Shown one piece after another: positions 13,755-30,821 of a stretch of DNA of 64,000 bases (its first letter is position 1; every line of letters starts with the position of its first letter). Location: NCBI GenBank assembly GCA_003971905.1, contig RSEE01000015.1:496001-560000 (forward strand), in the 5' to 3' direction. Source of the DNA: Moniliella sp. 'wahieum' (lineage: Eukaryota). Below the pieces are notes generated by a model. It saw only the letters and a program-made list of their open reading frames with translations, ran no database searches and had not been told where the DNA came from. Both the position numbers and the translations under genes were made by a program.

Positions 13755-14284
13755 GGGCTTTAAATTTCAGCCCTCAAATTTCAAAGTCCTCCCCTCCGCT
13801 GAGCGTATCACCCATGTCGCCGTCACCGGTCGCAACCTTCTCTTGTCTATGTTCAACGTTCGCGCGTTCACGGCCCATATACCAATCAGTTTCTCTCTGC
13901 ATTCGGCTAGCTGTCACAGGTTGTAGCCAGGCATGCGGTCGCCCAGAGTTGTGTACTTGCCGGATCGATACATAGAAATGATGGGATCGGGTTGTATGAG
14001 CCTTGGCGGGGGGATGTACTTTCCCACCATCGACATGCATCCTTTTTGGCCACCTCTCTTTCGAAGGTCTCTTTGTCTCATTCAAGTTCTTCCATGCTCT
14101 CTATCTGTTCAACTGAACGGCACACTGAATGAGCAGAGTGACATGCAGTAAAATGGATTTAGCAACAGCCCACAAGCTGGGTGTACAAGAAGCGGCGGCG
14201 AACAGGGCCAATACCCACCCCAAAGGAAGTCGGAGGAGGCGAGGGGAATGACCACGAGGGCCGGATTCGCATGCAAACAGATAA

Positions 14285-17336
<3,052 letters not shown>

Positions 17337-19224
17337 CACGGGTGGGAGGGGAGGAAGGGAAGCGGGCATAGGAGAACTTTAACGCCTTTTTGCGTTAAAG
17401 CGTAACGCCCGGGCGATGTCACACACCCTCGCCTCAGCCTGCATTCCACGTGGCCCGAAGAAGCAGCCATGTCATCGATGAGGGGTGGTGGGTGATGCGG
17501 CGTGAGGCTGAGGCTGAGGCCCTGCGGCTGAAGGTGGACAAGGTTCAGACCCCCCCCAGCACCAGTGTGGCGTGCATCATGCATCGTGTCCACTGGCTGG
17601 GATGATTGGCCCGTGGCTTCGGCGCCGCCTCCCAAAAGTGGCCGGCGGGGCCAGGCAGCGCCACGTGGACTGCAGCGATGTCGCGTGCCATCCATCACGT
17701 AAGCATCGGTGTGATACGCTGCTGTGATGTCCCCCCGTGTCCCGCCTGCAAGGTCCTTCGCGTTTCCTTTCCGCCCGTCACACACCGCCATTAACGATAC
17801 TTGGCCAGGCGAGGTGGGGCGAAGGTAGGAGACGGGCGCACCGACGGTCGCGCCACCAGCGCCCGCCTTGTGGCATGTGACATGACGACTTCAAATAAAG
17901 CTGCTGGATGACTACGTTGACAATCTTGAGACAGGAGGGGAGGGCGGGGAGGAAAAGCGAGAGACGAAACCATGTGGACCGTGGGAATCAAGTCGCACAA
18001 GCCTAAACAGAGGTCGTATAGGAATTAAAGTGTCTAAAAGGGGAAGCAATACATATAGAAGTAAGCTCTGTCAATGAAATGGACGTGATATAGAAGTGGT
18101 ATAGGGGGGAAGGGAGAGAAGCAAAAAGAGGTTGCAGACGAAAGATAACTAGTACTGTTCCCAAAAGGGGTAATGCATAATGAGTCTAAACGAAGATATC
18201 GGTTCACTTGTAGACAGTGTAGGAACGAGCATCGTGAAGAAAAGGTGCCTGGGTCGGGGCGGCTGTTGAGATGTCAAGGTCAAATACCATGTTGGGACCC
18301 GCGGTCCCGTACATAGGCCAAGGCGCCTTAGGCCATAGGCCTTATCGATTATCTCGATTATCACTCTTTGCCCCTTAATTGACCTCCGAAGCCTGTTGGA
18401 TGTGTATACTCGGGCTTGTTTGAACCCCTGTCTCCTCTAGGTGTTGCATAAGGCTTAGACCTTGCTTTTCGCTGCAGTCGAAAGCAGTAAGGAGTACTAG
18501 ATTTTGAAGAAACAGATGAGTCGATGAGGCGAATGCAGCAAGGAGAGCCTATGGCTCATCGCGCTCATCATGGCTCGCAGACCCACATTTTGGCTCGTAA
18601 CATGTACATGTGTGAAATTATATGTAGTGTCAACGAGTCGCTTATAGAGTCTTCGAGTCACTAGTCATCGATCATCATCATCGAGTCATCATATCTTCGA
18701 TCATTAATTGGGAAAAAGATTTTGATGTATGTCTTCTTCCCTGTAGTATTCGACCACAAACCTAAAGCGGTAGCCTTACTATGTTTTGCTTCTCTCACAT
18801 TAACCTTACCTCTCAGATCATCGATCATCTCTCTCAGATTACAGGCTTCGATTGAGCTTGAATATTGAATAGTGTCTCGTACGTTATGCATTGGTGGCTA
18901 GTAGAGACTCCTGGGGCTACTTCTGGGCCCTGGAAGAACAGCGCCACGCGGAGGAGCAACATCCGGAGCGAGATAGAACGCTGCGCCTCTTGGCAATTTT
19001 TTCTGAGGAAGTAGAATATATAACTGATGGCGATTCCCACCCTCATCAGATCGATCGTCGTATAGCTCCACCGCCACTGCCATCACTCTCACGGCTGTGC
19101 CTCTTCCTTTTATTCTCGCCCTTTTTACTTTTTGGGGTCTCTATCTGTGTTGTACCGCCGTGAATAACCACCCCCCCCTCTCCCTGTCCCTCAATTGTCT
19201 CCCCCTTTCCTCCCTCTTACACAC

Positions 19225-20288
19225 ATGACCCTTTCTTGGCTCATCGCCCGCGACTCGACCGTGGACAACCCGGTCGCGTCAAACATCACGGTTGATACGC
19301 ACGGTGCTGACTTTGCTTGGGCCATTTTTGCGATCCAAACGCTCGTGTTCCTTGGTCTTTCGATTCACACCTTCTTCTTTGTCAATCGCGGCAATCGCAC
19401 CTTCGCCTATCTTGTTGCTGCGGCTTTGGCGTGCAATGCCCTCAATTGGTTTGCTCTTGCCTCCAATCTGGGTGCGGTGCCGATCACGGTCGAGTTTCAC
19501 GCCCATTATTGGGCAGGCTATGGCAAGGGATACAACAGGGAGCCCACCCGGTCCATTTGGTACGACAATTACTTCTAGTCACCCCCTTCCCTTGCCTTCT
19601 TCTTGAATCGTCTTGCGATATGCTGACAGACTGTTCCATTTACAGGATTTCGCGGTACGTCGACTGGTTCGTCTCCACGCCATTCATCCTCATTGCAATT
19701 CTCCTCGTATCCCCTGTACCGCTCTCGATCATCTTCATAACCGTGTTTTGGTCCATCTTTGCAATCCTCTGTGGCCTGGCCGGTGCCCTCACCTACTCTC
19801 AATACAAGTGGGGCTGGTTTGTCTTTGGAGTGTGTGCAATGACGTGGGTGCTATGGGTCCTTTGTGGGCCTGCCTTGCTGGCAGCCAAGAAAGCAGGCAA
19901 AGATGTGTTTGGGCATACATCCCGATTGTTGGTGGCTTTGGCTGCTGGGCCATTCTCTACATTATCGCTTGGTCTGTCGCCGATGCCAGCAATACCATTT
20001 CACCCGACAGTGAGTTTGTCTACTATGGCGTACTGGATCTCCTTTCGAAGAGCGTCTGCCTCATCTACCACGTCTATTCCGTCTCCGGTGTCGAGTATGA
20101 GCGCTTTGGTCTCTTTTCCAGTAAGGCTTCCATTTTTGCCTCCCCAGAGGCAGCTTCGGAGGGTAGGGCTACCTCCGAAAACGGTCAACGATGGTTACGG
20201 CCAAACGGAGGAGAATCCGGCTACAACCCAAACCGTTGAGACGACGGTTGTGACTAAGAACGTGACGAAACCGGCAGAGGAGGCGTAA
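19225..20288 (+). CDS. Microbial rhodopsin family (opsin-related, Hsp30/Yro2-like) 7TM protein retaining the helix G lysine
   Basis: NPVASNITVDTHGADFAWAIFAI, ALASNLGAVPITVEF, TRSIW|ISRYVDWFVSTP (intron 19560-19645), YKWGWFVFG, then after a frameshift near 19940 LYIIAWSVADASNTISPDSEFVYYGVLDLLSK. C-terminus at 20239 or 20288. Confidence 0.9.
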
Positions 20289-22501
20289 AGATGTGCCACG
20301 TAATTTGTGGATCGCATCGATCTCTATACCCCCTTCTTTCTCTGTATATCCTCTGTTGTTCCCACGCTGTTTACGCTTTGCACGCTGAATCTCCCTTTAC
20401 GACCACGGCGCAGTTGAAGCTCTCATTCATTCGTCCCACCTTCACAGGGCGTTTGTGTGCCTCCTTTTTCACTTCACCCTTTCGGATACGCTTGTGTGTG
20501 TGGGCAGAGCAGAGCCCACAAAACATGGCAGCATACGTTCAGTTTTACACCTCCGAGAAAGTGTTCAGTTATCACGGTCTCATCATGAGAAAAGGGATCG
20601 CCCTCTTCTCCCTGCTCCTCCTTCTCCCTTCTCCCTTCCCCCTCTCTCCTCTTTGTCTTCCTCACCAGTGACTGGTCCGAGAGGGATCTTGTTTCACCAC
20701 ACCTGACCTCATTTGTTCCTCGTTTCGTCATCATCGTTCATCTCTCGACATCCTCTCATCCTGCTGTTTTTAACGTGTTTAACGTCTCTATACGAGGCTC
20801 ACGATGGCCTCAATGACCCTTCTCCCTTCCTCTGGAAGTTTCCCTTGGTAAATACGACAACCATTATTACCATACACGCTTTTTTCGATGCAGTCCCCTT
20901 TTGTACAGTATCGGTCCGGTCGACATGCTCCTATCATAATCACACCCACACCAGTCTCGTCATATAACTGGGAGAGTTTCCGCACTGGGGAAGAATAAAC
21001 CAACGCTATCACCATAGCTCCGCTACGCTAGTCTTGTATGCGTACACTATACCGCAAGTCCCATCGATCATCACATGCACATCACATGTCACAGGCTTCA
21101 GTCCCTCAAGCGCTAGTAAGAACTAGGCCTTATACATGCGTTGTTGGCGTACAATAGCCCCGCATTTGCTGCCATCTGTTGTATGCGAGGCCGCATGTCA
21201 CATGGTAGACATGCAATAGCCTTTCGGCATAGCAATGGTCCAGGGTATTGCCACGGTGGAAAGTGCTATTAGTAGGATGGGCTAGCCGAGATAGAGAGCC
21301 CCCCCAAATATAAAGCTTTCGAGGGTAATCCGGTAGTATATCTCTGAACCGACAACCTGACCAGCCACAGACTCGCCTTTTTGGAAACGTGTCATGCATG
21401 TCATTGGCCCGTCGGAGCTTGGATGGAGAAGCTAAACGCGGGATGGCCGTCGGGGGGACAGGCCTTTGGCGCCACAAAAAAGGACGCGACCACGCTGAGA
21501 CACACCTATACTATGAAAGCAGACGGAGAATCAGCCTGGGGCCATGATCGGCCTGTGATCGCTCAGCGCGAGCACGAGCGGTGAACGTGTTGAACAGTTG
21601 AACGTTGAACTGCAAGTGCCACCCACAAAAGGCAACAAAACCCCACAGTCCATATTCTGTCCTGTGTCTGCTGAGGCTGCCGGGCGCGGCAGGGCAACTG
21701 TCGCGGCGACTCGTTTTTCAGCCGAGAAGTTGCCGACCCCACACAGTGCATTGCCCACTGTGGCCCTATCCTATTTCGCAGAGGTACAGGCACATATGTT
21801 TGTAGCGTCCAAACATCCGATCGCCCACGTCACATGTCACACTGGCACAGTGCACACGCCGTTATGTACTCTTGTACATTCCCTTGCCCATTGTTTCTCG
21901 TGCCTTGGTATAGGTAGCCGAGCTGGTATAGAACAACTCGTTATTTTACCAAAAGCTTAAAGCTTTGGACCCCTTGAAGCCTGGAGAGCTTGAAAAGCTG
22001 GAAGCTGGAAGCCGAAAGCCAGAAGCGACATTTTTTTGGCCGTTTTCTCCGGACAACATACGCCCACTCGAGTCCGGTCCGAACATGCCTGGGCATCCAT
22101 TGTGCTTGGCAGCATAGACAGGCTAATTGGGACCATCAGCTAGTGCACGCATTCGTCGACGCTTGAAGCTTGACCTCTCGATGTCTGATGCATGATCGAT
22201 TTATCGCCGCATTACAGGCACTATGTGCATCACCCATCAACTTTCAAAGCTCTCTGGGACGCGAGAGATCCATACCGACGCGTGACGGTGGCTATTCTGG
22301 CTAAGCGCTGATCCGCTGATCCTCTTTGATCCTGCATTGAAGAGGGAAGCCGTACGCCATATAAATGGTGCACCTTCCCACCCAAAGTCGACCCTGCACC
22401 GCCACCGCGTCCTCCCCATATTGGCGCCTCACTCCCCCTTCACTCTTCACTCCAATCCCCTTTCACTACAGCGGGGGCCAGTTCCTTCCATCACTGTTAC
22501 T

Positions 22502-24069
22502 ATGAGCGCTCCAGGCTTGGCCCAAATTTTGGCCGACAACCCATCTTGGCCTTACATTAAGGGCCAAGGTCCCTGGGCAGGCCTCCCTCCTGAGCTGCAA
22601 CCGGTATTCAAGGAAATGGAAGATGCTGTCTATGTGGGCAGCCTAAGTTGGTGGATCAATCTGGTGATCTTGGGGGCTATACTGTTCGACTGGGTCACCG
22701 CGATCCCGTATGACATTCGGTACATCTTTTGGCCTGAACTCAAGAGGTGTTTAGGGCTGCGGGGTTATACTTCCCAATCGGTTGCAGGCGCACCAACCCA
22801 CAAGGGTCGTCAGTTGAAACTGCCCCATCCGATCCTAGTTTGTCATCTCTTAACTCGCCTTATGGCCATTCCCTACACTGCTGTGATTATCAACTACTAC
22901 CGCCTTCCCAAGTCGTGCAATGCTGCGCTTCACGCATGCCTCTTTGTCATTGGGATACAATCCTGTTTAGGTCAGGCGCTTTTGACCTTCCGCACAATGA
23001 GCATCACACGCGGTATGCCAGGTCGGCGATTCTTGTGGGCGGTCTTGTGGGCGATCAACCTGTACTTGTGTTCCGTCTGGTTCGCATTTTCCTGGATCGC
23101 AACTACAATCTCCAGGTACGTTTTTTTTCTCCTCCCACCTCCCTCTGCATGTTATCCTTAGCTCGTACATTCAGACTGACGGTTGGATGGGGTGATGTTC
23201 AACGTACGCCGCGGCCGATGCCACTAGGCTTCCGGATCGGGTTTCGGTGCGGCCCTGCACGGGATCCCAAGTGGATGCCGATAAGTGTCTACCTCGTTCT
23301 TTTTCTCGAGGACAGTCTGCAGTTTATCAGTTCCATTTTCGCCCTGGCCTACGTCACGGGCCACCAAACAAGTGATTGGAAAGCCAGCTGGCGGGACACG
23401 TTGCGAGCCCTTGCGCGCACCGTCAAACTGGCGTTCAAGCACATGATCGGGATCCAAGGGCCCGACGAAGAAATTGGTCAATCACCTGCGGCGAGCAAGT
23501 TCATCTCGGACGGATTGCGTTGCTTGCTGTTCTCTTGGGCTCTGGAGCTGGCGGGCATTGGCATGTCTGCGAATTTCGTCCTGGGTCGCAAGACGCCTGA
23601 CAACACGCGGATGAGTTGGTGCCTTCCCCTCCATGCGTTCATTTCTTTGGTGGTGTGTCCCCGTGTGAGCACCATCCGGCGTGGTGGGACGTATTTAAAT
23701 GGAGGCAAGTTGTACAATAGCCAGGGTCTAAGTGCGGGCTCTAGCTCGAAAAAGCCGGGTGGGACGCTGCGCGATGGATGCAATGGAGTAACGGTGCGAA
23801 GCAGTATTGTTTATCAACACACTGAGAATATGCTCGGTCCTTCGGCTATCCCCGTTGACCCGAGGAGGGACGTTACGGAGCAAGCCTTCTCATCGTATTG
23901 TCCTCCACCCATCGTTCATCAAGACATGCGTTCTCTCCCCTTCACAATGGAAGCGAGTCTTCCTTCTCATTCCAATGTGGTGGAGGAGGACGTAGAAAAG
24001 GAAGCAGTAAGAGATTCTCTATCGGGAGTTCAAGTTGAACAACACTATCCACCAAGTATGATTACGTAG
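22502..24069 (+). CDS. Multi-pass membrane protein with DUF6533-like N-terminal segment
   Basis: AILFDWVTAIPYDIRYIFW resembles the basidiomycete DUF6533 pattern. Several hydrophobic helices, an intron donor at 23116, a S/P-rich tail, and TATA-like ATATAAAT near 22359. Confidence 0.6.
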
Positions 24070-26782
24070 CCAGTAGCCAAGAGTAACGATTCTCTCCCGT
24101 TCTGATTGTTGAACACACACCATCCATATTGTGCACGCGTTATATCCGTATTGAGGCCTTGCATGGGGGCCTATGACTGTTGTTGATATGTCATTATGCT
24201 TTTCTTATCGACATCCCCATGTGCATACCCTCAGAAATCTCATAGATCGGGTCTCGGAGGGGTACTACCGATGTACTTGTGACAGCGCACTATAGAAAAC
24301 TCATACGAGAAATGGGGAGTACAGACTGTGGCTGTGGGGGGTCACTCCGGAATACCGGAAGAGAGGGAGGGGGATCGAGAATCAATTGTCTTTTCTTGTC
24401 TGTGGGTAACCGGTGAATGACTGCAACCGAAATGGACGCCCATGATGGATCTCGCGAACCTCCGGTCACATGCACAAGACACAATGCAAAAGCACACGCC
24501 TAAAGGGAAGACTGTAGGCGAGAACAGGGAAGAAAGACAGCAGGAGAGAAGAAAACAGAGAAGAGAGAGGAAGAGAGAAAAGGGAGGAGTGTTGGCAATG
24601 GTGGGCAGGCTGAAGGCCACAGGCTTTTCTGATGCCCACTGATTCCGAGATCTGAACAGAAAGGGAGGGATCAATCAGGTTAGGACGCGTGCGTACATGG
24701 AAACGCGGTATATATTGGCACCACATTTATTGCATTCCTCCTCGACCCGTGGTTGGAGAGAAAGAGGGAAGTCGCACGTCGTATTATTACAGCTGTCCCT
24801 GGAGTATCTTTCAGGTGTGTAGAATAATTGTGAGAGGGGGGACTATCAGGCACGCTTTCTGTGACAGCTGCGAGCACGGGCGCTTATTAACACATACCGT
24901 CGGAGTCATGGGTTGCCACTACCAGGGGCTATATACCCCAGAACTAGTGTCTGTCTGGGTACTAGCTAGCTATCCTAACCATATGGCAGGCATCCACTGC
25001 GAGACATCCACCTCCTCCTTTCTACATACCAAAACGCAAGCGAGAAACGATACGCTCTCTGCTAGAAGCCTAAACATTGCACCCGTGCCCTCGGGACCCA
25101 GGGCGGCGATACGATACGCCGCCACGCGAACAAGCCACCGTCTCGATTGTGCCGGCAACCCTAATAGTACGGATCGAGGAGGACACGCAATGTGCACTTT
25201 CAAATGTGTCAAGCTCATCAGGGCGCTTGGGTAGGATTCCATGTCCCATACCAATGCCAGTACGATCCCAAGTCCCACGTTCAACTTGAAGCTTGAAGCT
25301 TGACGCGCTTGGCGCTTGGTTCGAGACTCTTACCTCGACCTGGTAGCAGGAAAGGTCCTTTCTTTCGCTTTCAGTCAGCGCAGCCACATGCACAACATGC
25401 ACGAGAAATTCAAGCCTCACCATCTCCTCTTCTTTATGTGGTTGGCGCAACGGCACGTGCACACTCGTTGCCTTTTATGCGCCTCCTCGCGCGCCTCACA
25501 CGCTCACGACCGAGCAGAGAACGATCACAATGCTGAGGCTGACGGTCAACACGTTCAGAGTGGCCAGTGCTGACCCACTGACAGCAACTGTGACATGTGA
25601 CATGTGATGTTCCAACCAATAGCCCCCAATAGCACGGACGCTGGGGGGATGGGGGGGGGATTCCCGTGTGCGCTCTCGCTCTGTTGCATGTGCCCTCGGG
25701 GTTTCTATTATACCAAAAGCTGTGCGGGGGGCTGGGTGGGGGGCGTATTTGGTAGCGGTTACCGAGGCGTGATTTACTCGCGATTACAAAGAGAGAGAGC
25801 ATAGCTGAAGTGATCGGCATGCGTGTAGTCCGATGATCGAGATAGGCCGCATATGAAGCTTGAAGAACAGACGGGAAGTGATCCGGTTTCCCATGATCGA
25901 TGATCTGTGCATGAGCGAGGGCGAGGGCGAAGCTTCTCTACGAGACAACGTCTCGTGGGTGAAGTGTTGGGGCGCAGCACAATAATCAATCGCATCTTGG
26001 ATCTTATCATCGATCATCATCTCATTCATCGTAAGGCTGCGCCGTGCTGCATGCGATGGTTCGCACTACGCTGTGCACTGCACGGACTGCTTCCCAGAGA
26101 TTTTCATTGGCCAGATCTCAGATCTCAGAAGACCAACAAATCATTGCAAACTTCATAAGCTTCAACGTCTCAACGGCTATCTCGCTCATCGATCACCATG
26201 CATCATGCATCATGCATCATGATAAATGGCTCAGCTGCTATCGACTATCGCCTACTATTGACTATCTTTCTCCCTGCCAGCCACACTTAGTGCCAAGAAC
26301 AAAGCCGGGCTGGTAGTACGAATGCACGGGCGTGCAGCGGCACTCCCCCCCCGCAACCCCTCCGCATTGTCCGCAACGCCCCCCAGCCACACCAGCAAGC
26401 ATATGGTATGGCGCTGCGGAGCAATGCAAATCCACGTGTGGGATAGAAACTTTAATTGGCCCTGAAATCCCTGGGATGGGCTTGTAGTGCTCCCCAGTGG
26501 CTGCTCCAACCACATGGCAACCGATCCGACCTGGGCTTGAAGCTTGAAGCTTGGAGCTTGGAGCGTCTCTCAGCTGAAGCAGGCTGAAGCTCTGAAGCTT
26601 GAAGCTCCCTTGCAGCTTGAAAGGTGAAACCTGTGGTCGATTCATGATAGATCTGAGGCTCTGAAGGTTATATTTAGCACCCACGTTTGTTCGTATCGCC
26701 GCCCCGACCCCCACAGTGTCCCCCACCATCTCTCTACCTTGGAACCTACTACCCTCCCTCTCCTCGATCTTCTTCCACCGCC

Positions 26783-28016
26783 ATGGTTGCATTTTCGCAC
26801 TCACTTGCCTTGCTCGGCGCACTACTCGTGACCACCTCCGCGCCGGCCCTGACTTACCCCACCTGCACCGGCGGGGACCAGCTCCTGGCTGAACTGGACG
26901 GTCGTGGGTTTTACCTTCGGGGGTGGGGTGCAAGCGCGGGACACGTGTGTGTCCTGTTCGTCGTGTGCGTCGGGGCGGACCCGTGCACGGTCAACACCCC
27001 CGGTGGGTTGTTGGAACTGACTACGTTTTGGGACACGGATCCTGCACGGGTCCGTCAGACGTGTTTACCATCCACGGTCTTTGGCCCGGTACGTTGCTGT
27101 TTCTCTCCCTTTGGAGTGGCTGTTGGATAGGGGCGTGGGAGGGAAGGTCAGGGGAAGGCGAAGCGAAGGGGAAGGAGACGGTACCCACTCTTCCCACCCC
27201 TCCCGTCCGCGCAGTTGAAGACGAAAGACTGACGTGCGAATGGCTGGACGTAGATAACTGCGATGGCAGTTACGACACGCCGACGTGTCCGTCGAACCGG
27301 ACGTACACTGGGATTGGTACGATTCTTACGGATGCCGGGAAACAAGATCTGGTGGACTACATGAACACCAACTGGGTCCCTGACGATACGTCGAACGAAG
27401 ACTTTTGGGAGCACGAGTGGAGCAAGCACGGGTTTTTTCAGCACGCTCAACCCGAGTTGCTATGCCAACTACACTGAGCACGAAGATTTGATTGATTTCT
27501 TCTCGACCGTGGTGGCGCTGCACAAAAAGTACAACATTTACCAAGCCCTTTCCGACGCTGGCTACACCCCCGACAGTTCACAGAAGTTCCAACTGTCGGA
27601 TTTGGAAGATGCGTACGTACACCTATATCCGCTTGGTATCTTTCTTGTGCCTCCCATGGAGGCTGTTTTAGTCAAGACTACTGACCCTCGTACTCTACCC
27701 TGTTGCTCATTTGCTTGCTTGGATACAGCACGTCGAAGGCGTTTGGTCAAAAATTCAGTTCCAGTGCGAGTCGGGCGGGATCAGCGGTGGCTACCTCTCC
27801 TTTCACACCCAAGGCCAGAGCAACACGCCCGACAACTTTATTCTGATTGCGCCCGAGGACAGCGAGTGCCCTAGCAGCGTCTCGTGGGTCCCCAAAACTC
27901 GTCGGGCAGCTCAAGCAGCTAAGTGCGGCCTGACCTGGGCAATCTTGCCGCCCCCACCTAATCTTTTTTGTGTAGCTCAATACATTCTGGTTCGTTCCCC
28001 TGTTAACGGTTCATGA
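26783..28016 (+). CDS. Secreted ribonuclease T2
   Basis: Signal peptide MVAFSHSLALLGALLV; NTPGGLLELTTFWDTDP; CAS I FTIHGLWP; DNCDGSY; CAS II FWEHEWSKHG. Introns and frameshifts present; the true stop may be near 27933. Confidence 0.92.
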
Positions 28017-30821
28017 TGTGCCACGGAAGATGGAAAAGGTGGTGGCTCATACTTCTCTCCCTTGCGGGTGCAACAATCGTCTCTCTCAGTGTCAGTGTGC
28101 TAGAACGGGGGTGGTAGACCTCCATCCATCCTATACAACGTACTAAACTGGTAGCCCCATCCGACTTGCTGCTGAAAGCCATGCACCCGAGGTGACGAGC
28201 CTCAACCCTCAACTGTGTGCCAGCACCAGGGCCACGTGCCATGTATCCCTGGGCAAACAACGCCTAGCAGTTGCGCACCCGCATCTCCGATCCAGCCCAA
28301 AGGAACAATGGCACCTCGACACGACACGACGATCCCCCGACCCAACCTCCTGGCCATCAGCAAAAGCAAAAAAAACGTCTTGACTAGCTTGACTCTGGAC
28401 GAGGTAATAGAATCGAAACGCTGGACGAACGCAATGTTGGGTGGAACACACACCTCTATACTCGCTTTGACCGCAACCGATGGCATCCGGGTCCATCTCG
28501 ACCAACAACGCCGCGACCTCCCCTGTGGCGTTTCTTTGACGGTAGGGGCGCTTCGCCTACTCGCACCAACATACAGTGCGAACGGGGCACGACCAAGATC
28601 CAAACGCGCTCAGAGTACGAAAGCGCCAAGCGTCTCGTGCGCGGGGGGGTGGGGGGGGGGGGCGGATCGCGCGGCGCCACAAGGTTCATTCCAGTTGGTT
28701 GTCCTTCACGCGTACGCGTCACAGCGCATTCCCTCCGTTTCCGTTGGTTGTCCGTTGGGGCGGATGGAGCTGGAGCGTTGAAATCAAGACTCGAGCTTCA
28801 ACGTTGAGCCACCCAGTGTGCAGCTGGATCGCCCCTGCTTGGCCAACGCGTGGCCAGGCACGCGTCCTTAGCGATTCCTGCGCTTGGACGGTACTTAGTA
28901 CTTAGTACTTAGCTTGGCCAAGAGCCCAACCAGGCGGGGATACAACACTGTCTATGTTGGATGGTGGACCAGGGCTGGTTCGCATGTCGCGAGGGTGTCC
29001 GTGGCTTTGTGGGTGGTGTTGGTTGTGCAGGCGGTGCGAGGGACGAGACGAGAGCGAGCTTGAGTGTGTTGCTAGGTGGCTGGGATGATTAATGATTGAT
29101 GACGCGTGACATGTGCCGTGTGCCAGCCGATTCAGAATTGAGACGGGCAGTACGCTTCGGAGAAGATCGAGGAAGACAGCATCGATCCGAATGGCGGGGG
29201 GAGCCGGAGAGGCGGATACGGCCTAAGGTCGAGGCGCGCGGGGGGTAGGGGTCGATGAGCGCTGAGCCTCAGCGCTGAGCAAGTACCAAATCCAGCCTGG
29301 CAATACGTGGAGGGGCTGTGGTAGGCTTCGGTGCAAGAGGACGCTGTCGACGATCGATGTGGTGGTGGATGATGTCGATGACAGGGGGTGTAGTTCGCAT
29401 CCGTACCCTAATGTAATGTCCATGTCATTAATCATTGCAAGTGGCTCAGTATATAAAGCTCATCGTCCGCGTCATCGCTCCTCACCTGAGGGTCAGCCTG
29501 AGCGAGTGCTGCGCTTTCGCCCGGGAGGAAAAACGTACGCTCTGAAATGTGAAAGCTGGTTGTGGGTAGGTTGGGCGGTACTTGGTGCGTTGGTTCGTAG
29601 CCGAGGAGATGGCCGAGAGCGGGGCAGAGGAGGGCAGGGGCGCAGCGCTCAGGCTGAACCGCTCAGCACAGGGGGCGGGGAACTGGCGGGGAGCGCGGGA
29701 CGCACTGGACGAGAGACCGAGGGGGGCGTGCGGGGCAAAGCGGACAAAGCGCACAAGGCGCAGGTGACATGTGGCATGCGACAAAGCGAGCTAAGCACAA
29801 GTAGCTAGTAGGGCCAGCGCCAAGCGCTAATAAAATGCCCGACGTCTGCGCTGGGCGGCGTGGCGCATGGTGGCCGGTGGTGGCAGTAGCCACTAGCCGT
29901 GGGCGCAGCAACAGAGGCCCGAACGCCGAGGGCCAAAGGCAAGGGGTGAGTGTGGGGTGGGGCGAGGCACTGGGTCCTGGCCAGGCAACAGACGCACGCT
30001 GTGCCTGGCCACTGCATTGGCGCCTATTCCCGCCCATATGTCGTGTGCGATTGCGGGGACAGGGAAGCCTCAAGCCTCACGCCCTCGGGCTTCGTGTGAA
30101 GCACACGCTTCAAAAGCTAATAGCTGCAAGGTCGGCGACCACCTGAGGTGCTGAGCGCTGATTAATTGTTGGCGCTGAGCTTGACTGGTGCTGCGGCGCT
30201 GAGGGGTCCCGGCCCTCTGGATCGGTCCAAGCAATGCACACGACTGATGCCGACGGGCAGCAGGGGGCAGGGACCGTGTCCTGTGCGGGGCAAGCGCGGA
30301 GCATGCAAGAGCCCCCGGGAGTGTCGGCCAGAGCCCAGGTGCTAGTCGCCGCGGATGGCAGGCTGGCACACCAGCAGTGTGCGAGCTGTGTGGGTTAGCG
30401 CTTAGCTGCGCCCAGTAGCAGCCAGATCCCGGATCTCAGATCTGGGGCCTCCAAGTAGCCAGAACAGAGCAGGCAGGACTCCCATCGCATTACGTCGTGG
30501 TTACTTACGGGCTTTGAGTGTCAGCGCTTGCGTTCCAAGTCTACTCCCGCTTGGCCCGCCGTCGGGCATAGGCGCATCACACGCACCCCGCCGAAATGCA
30601 GCAGTCTCACGCGGCGAGTCGTCGTAGTCACTAGTCACTACAGCCTCAACGTTGCGTTCAACTCAGACACTTTGGCTTAGTGCCACCTGCTCTGGCGCGC
30701 CCCTACCTTGCCACTTGGCGTTGGCAGTCGCGAGAGGTCGATCGACAGTACTCCGCCTCCTGTCCCCCCTCCACCACCTCTCTCCTCCTACCTGCCAACT
30801 GCTCCTCCTTTCTGCACCACC

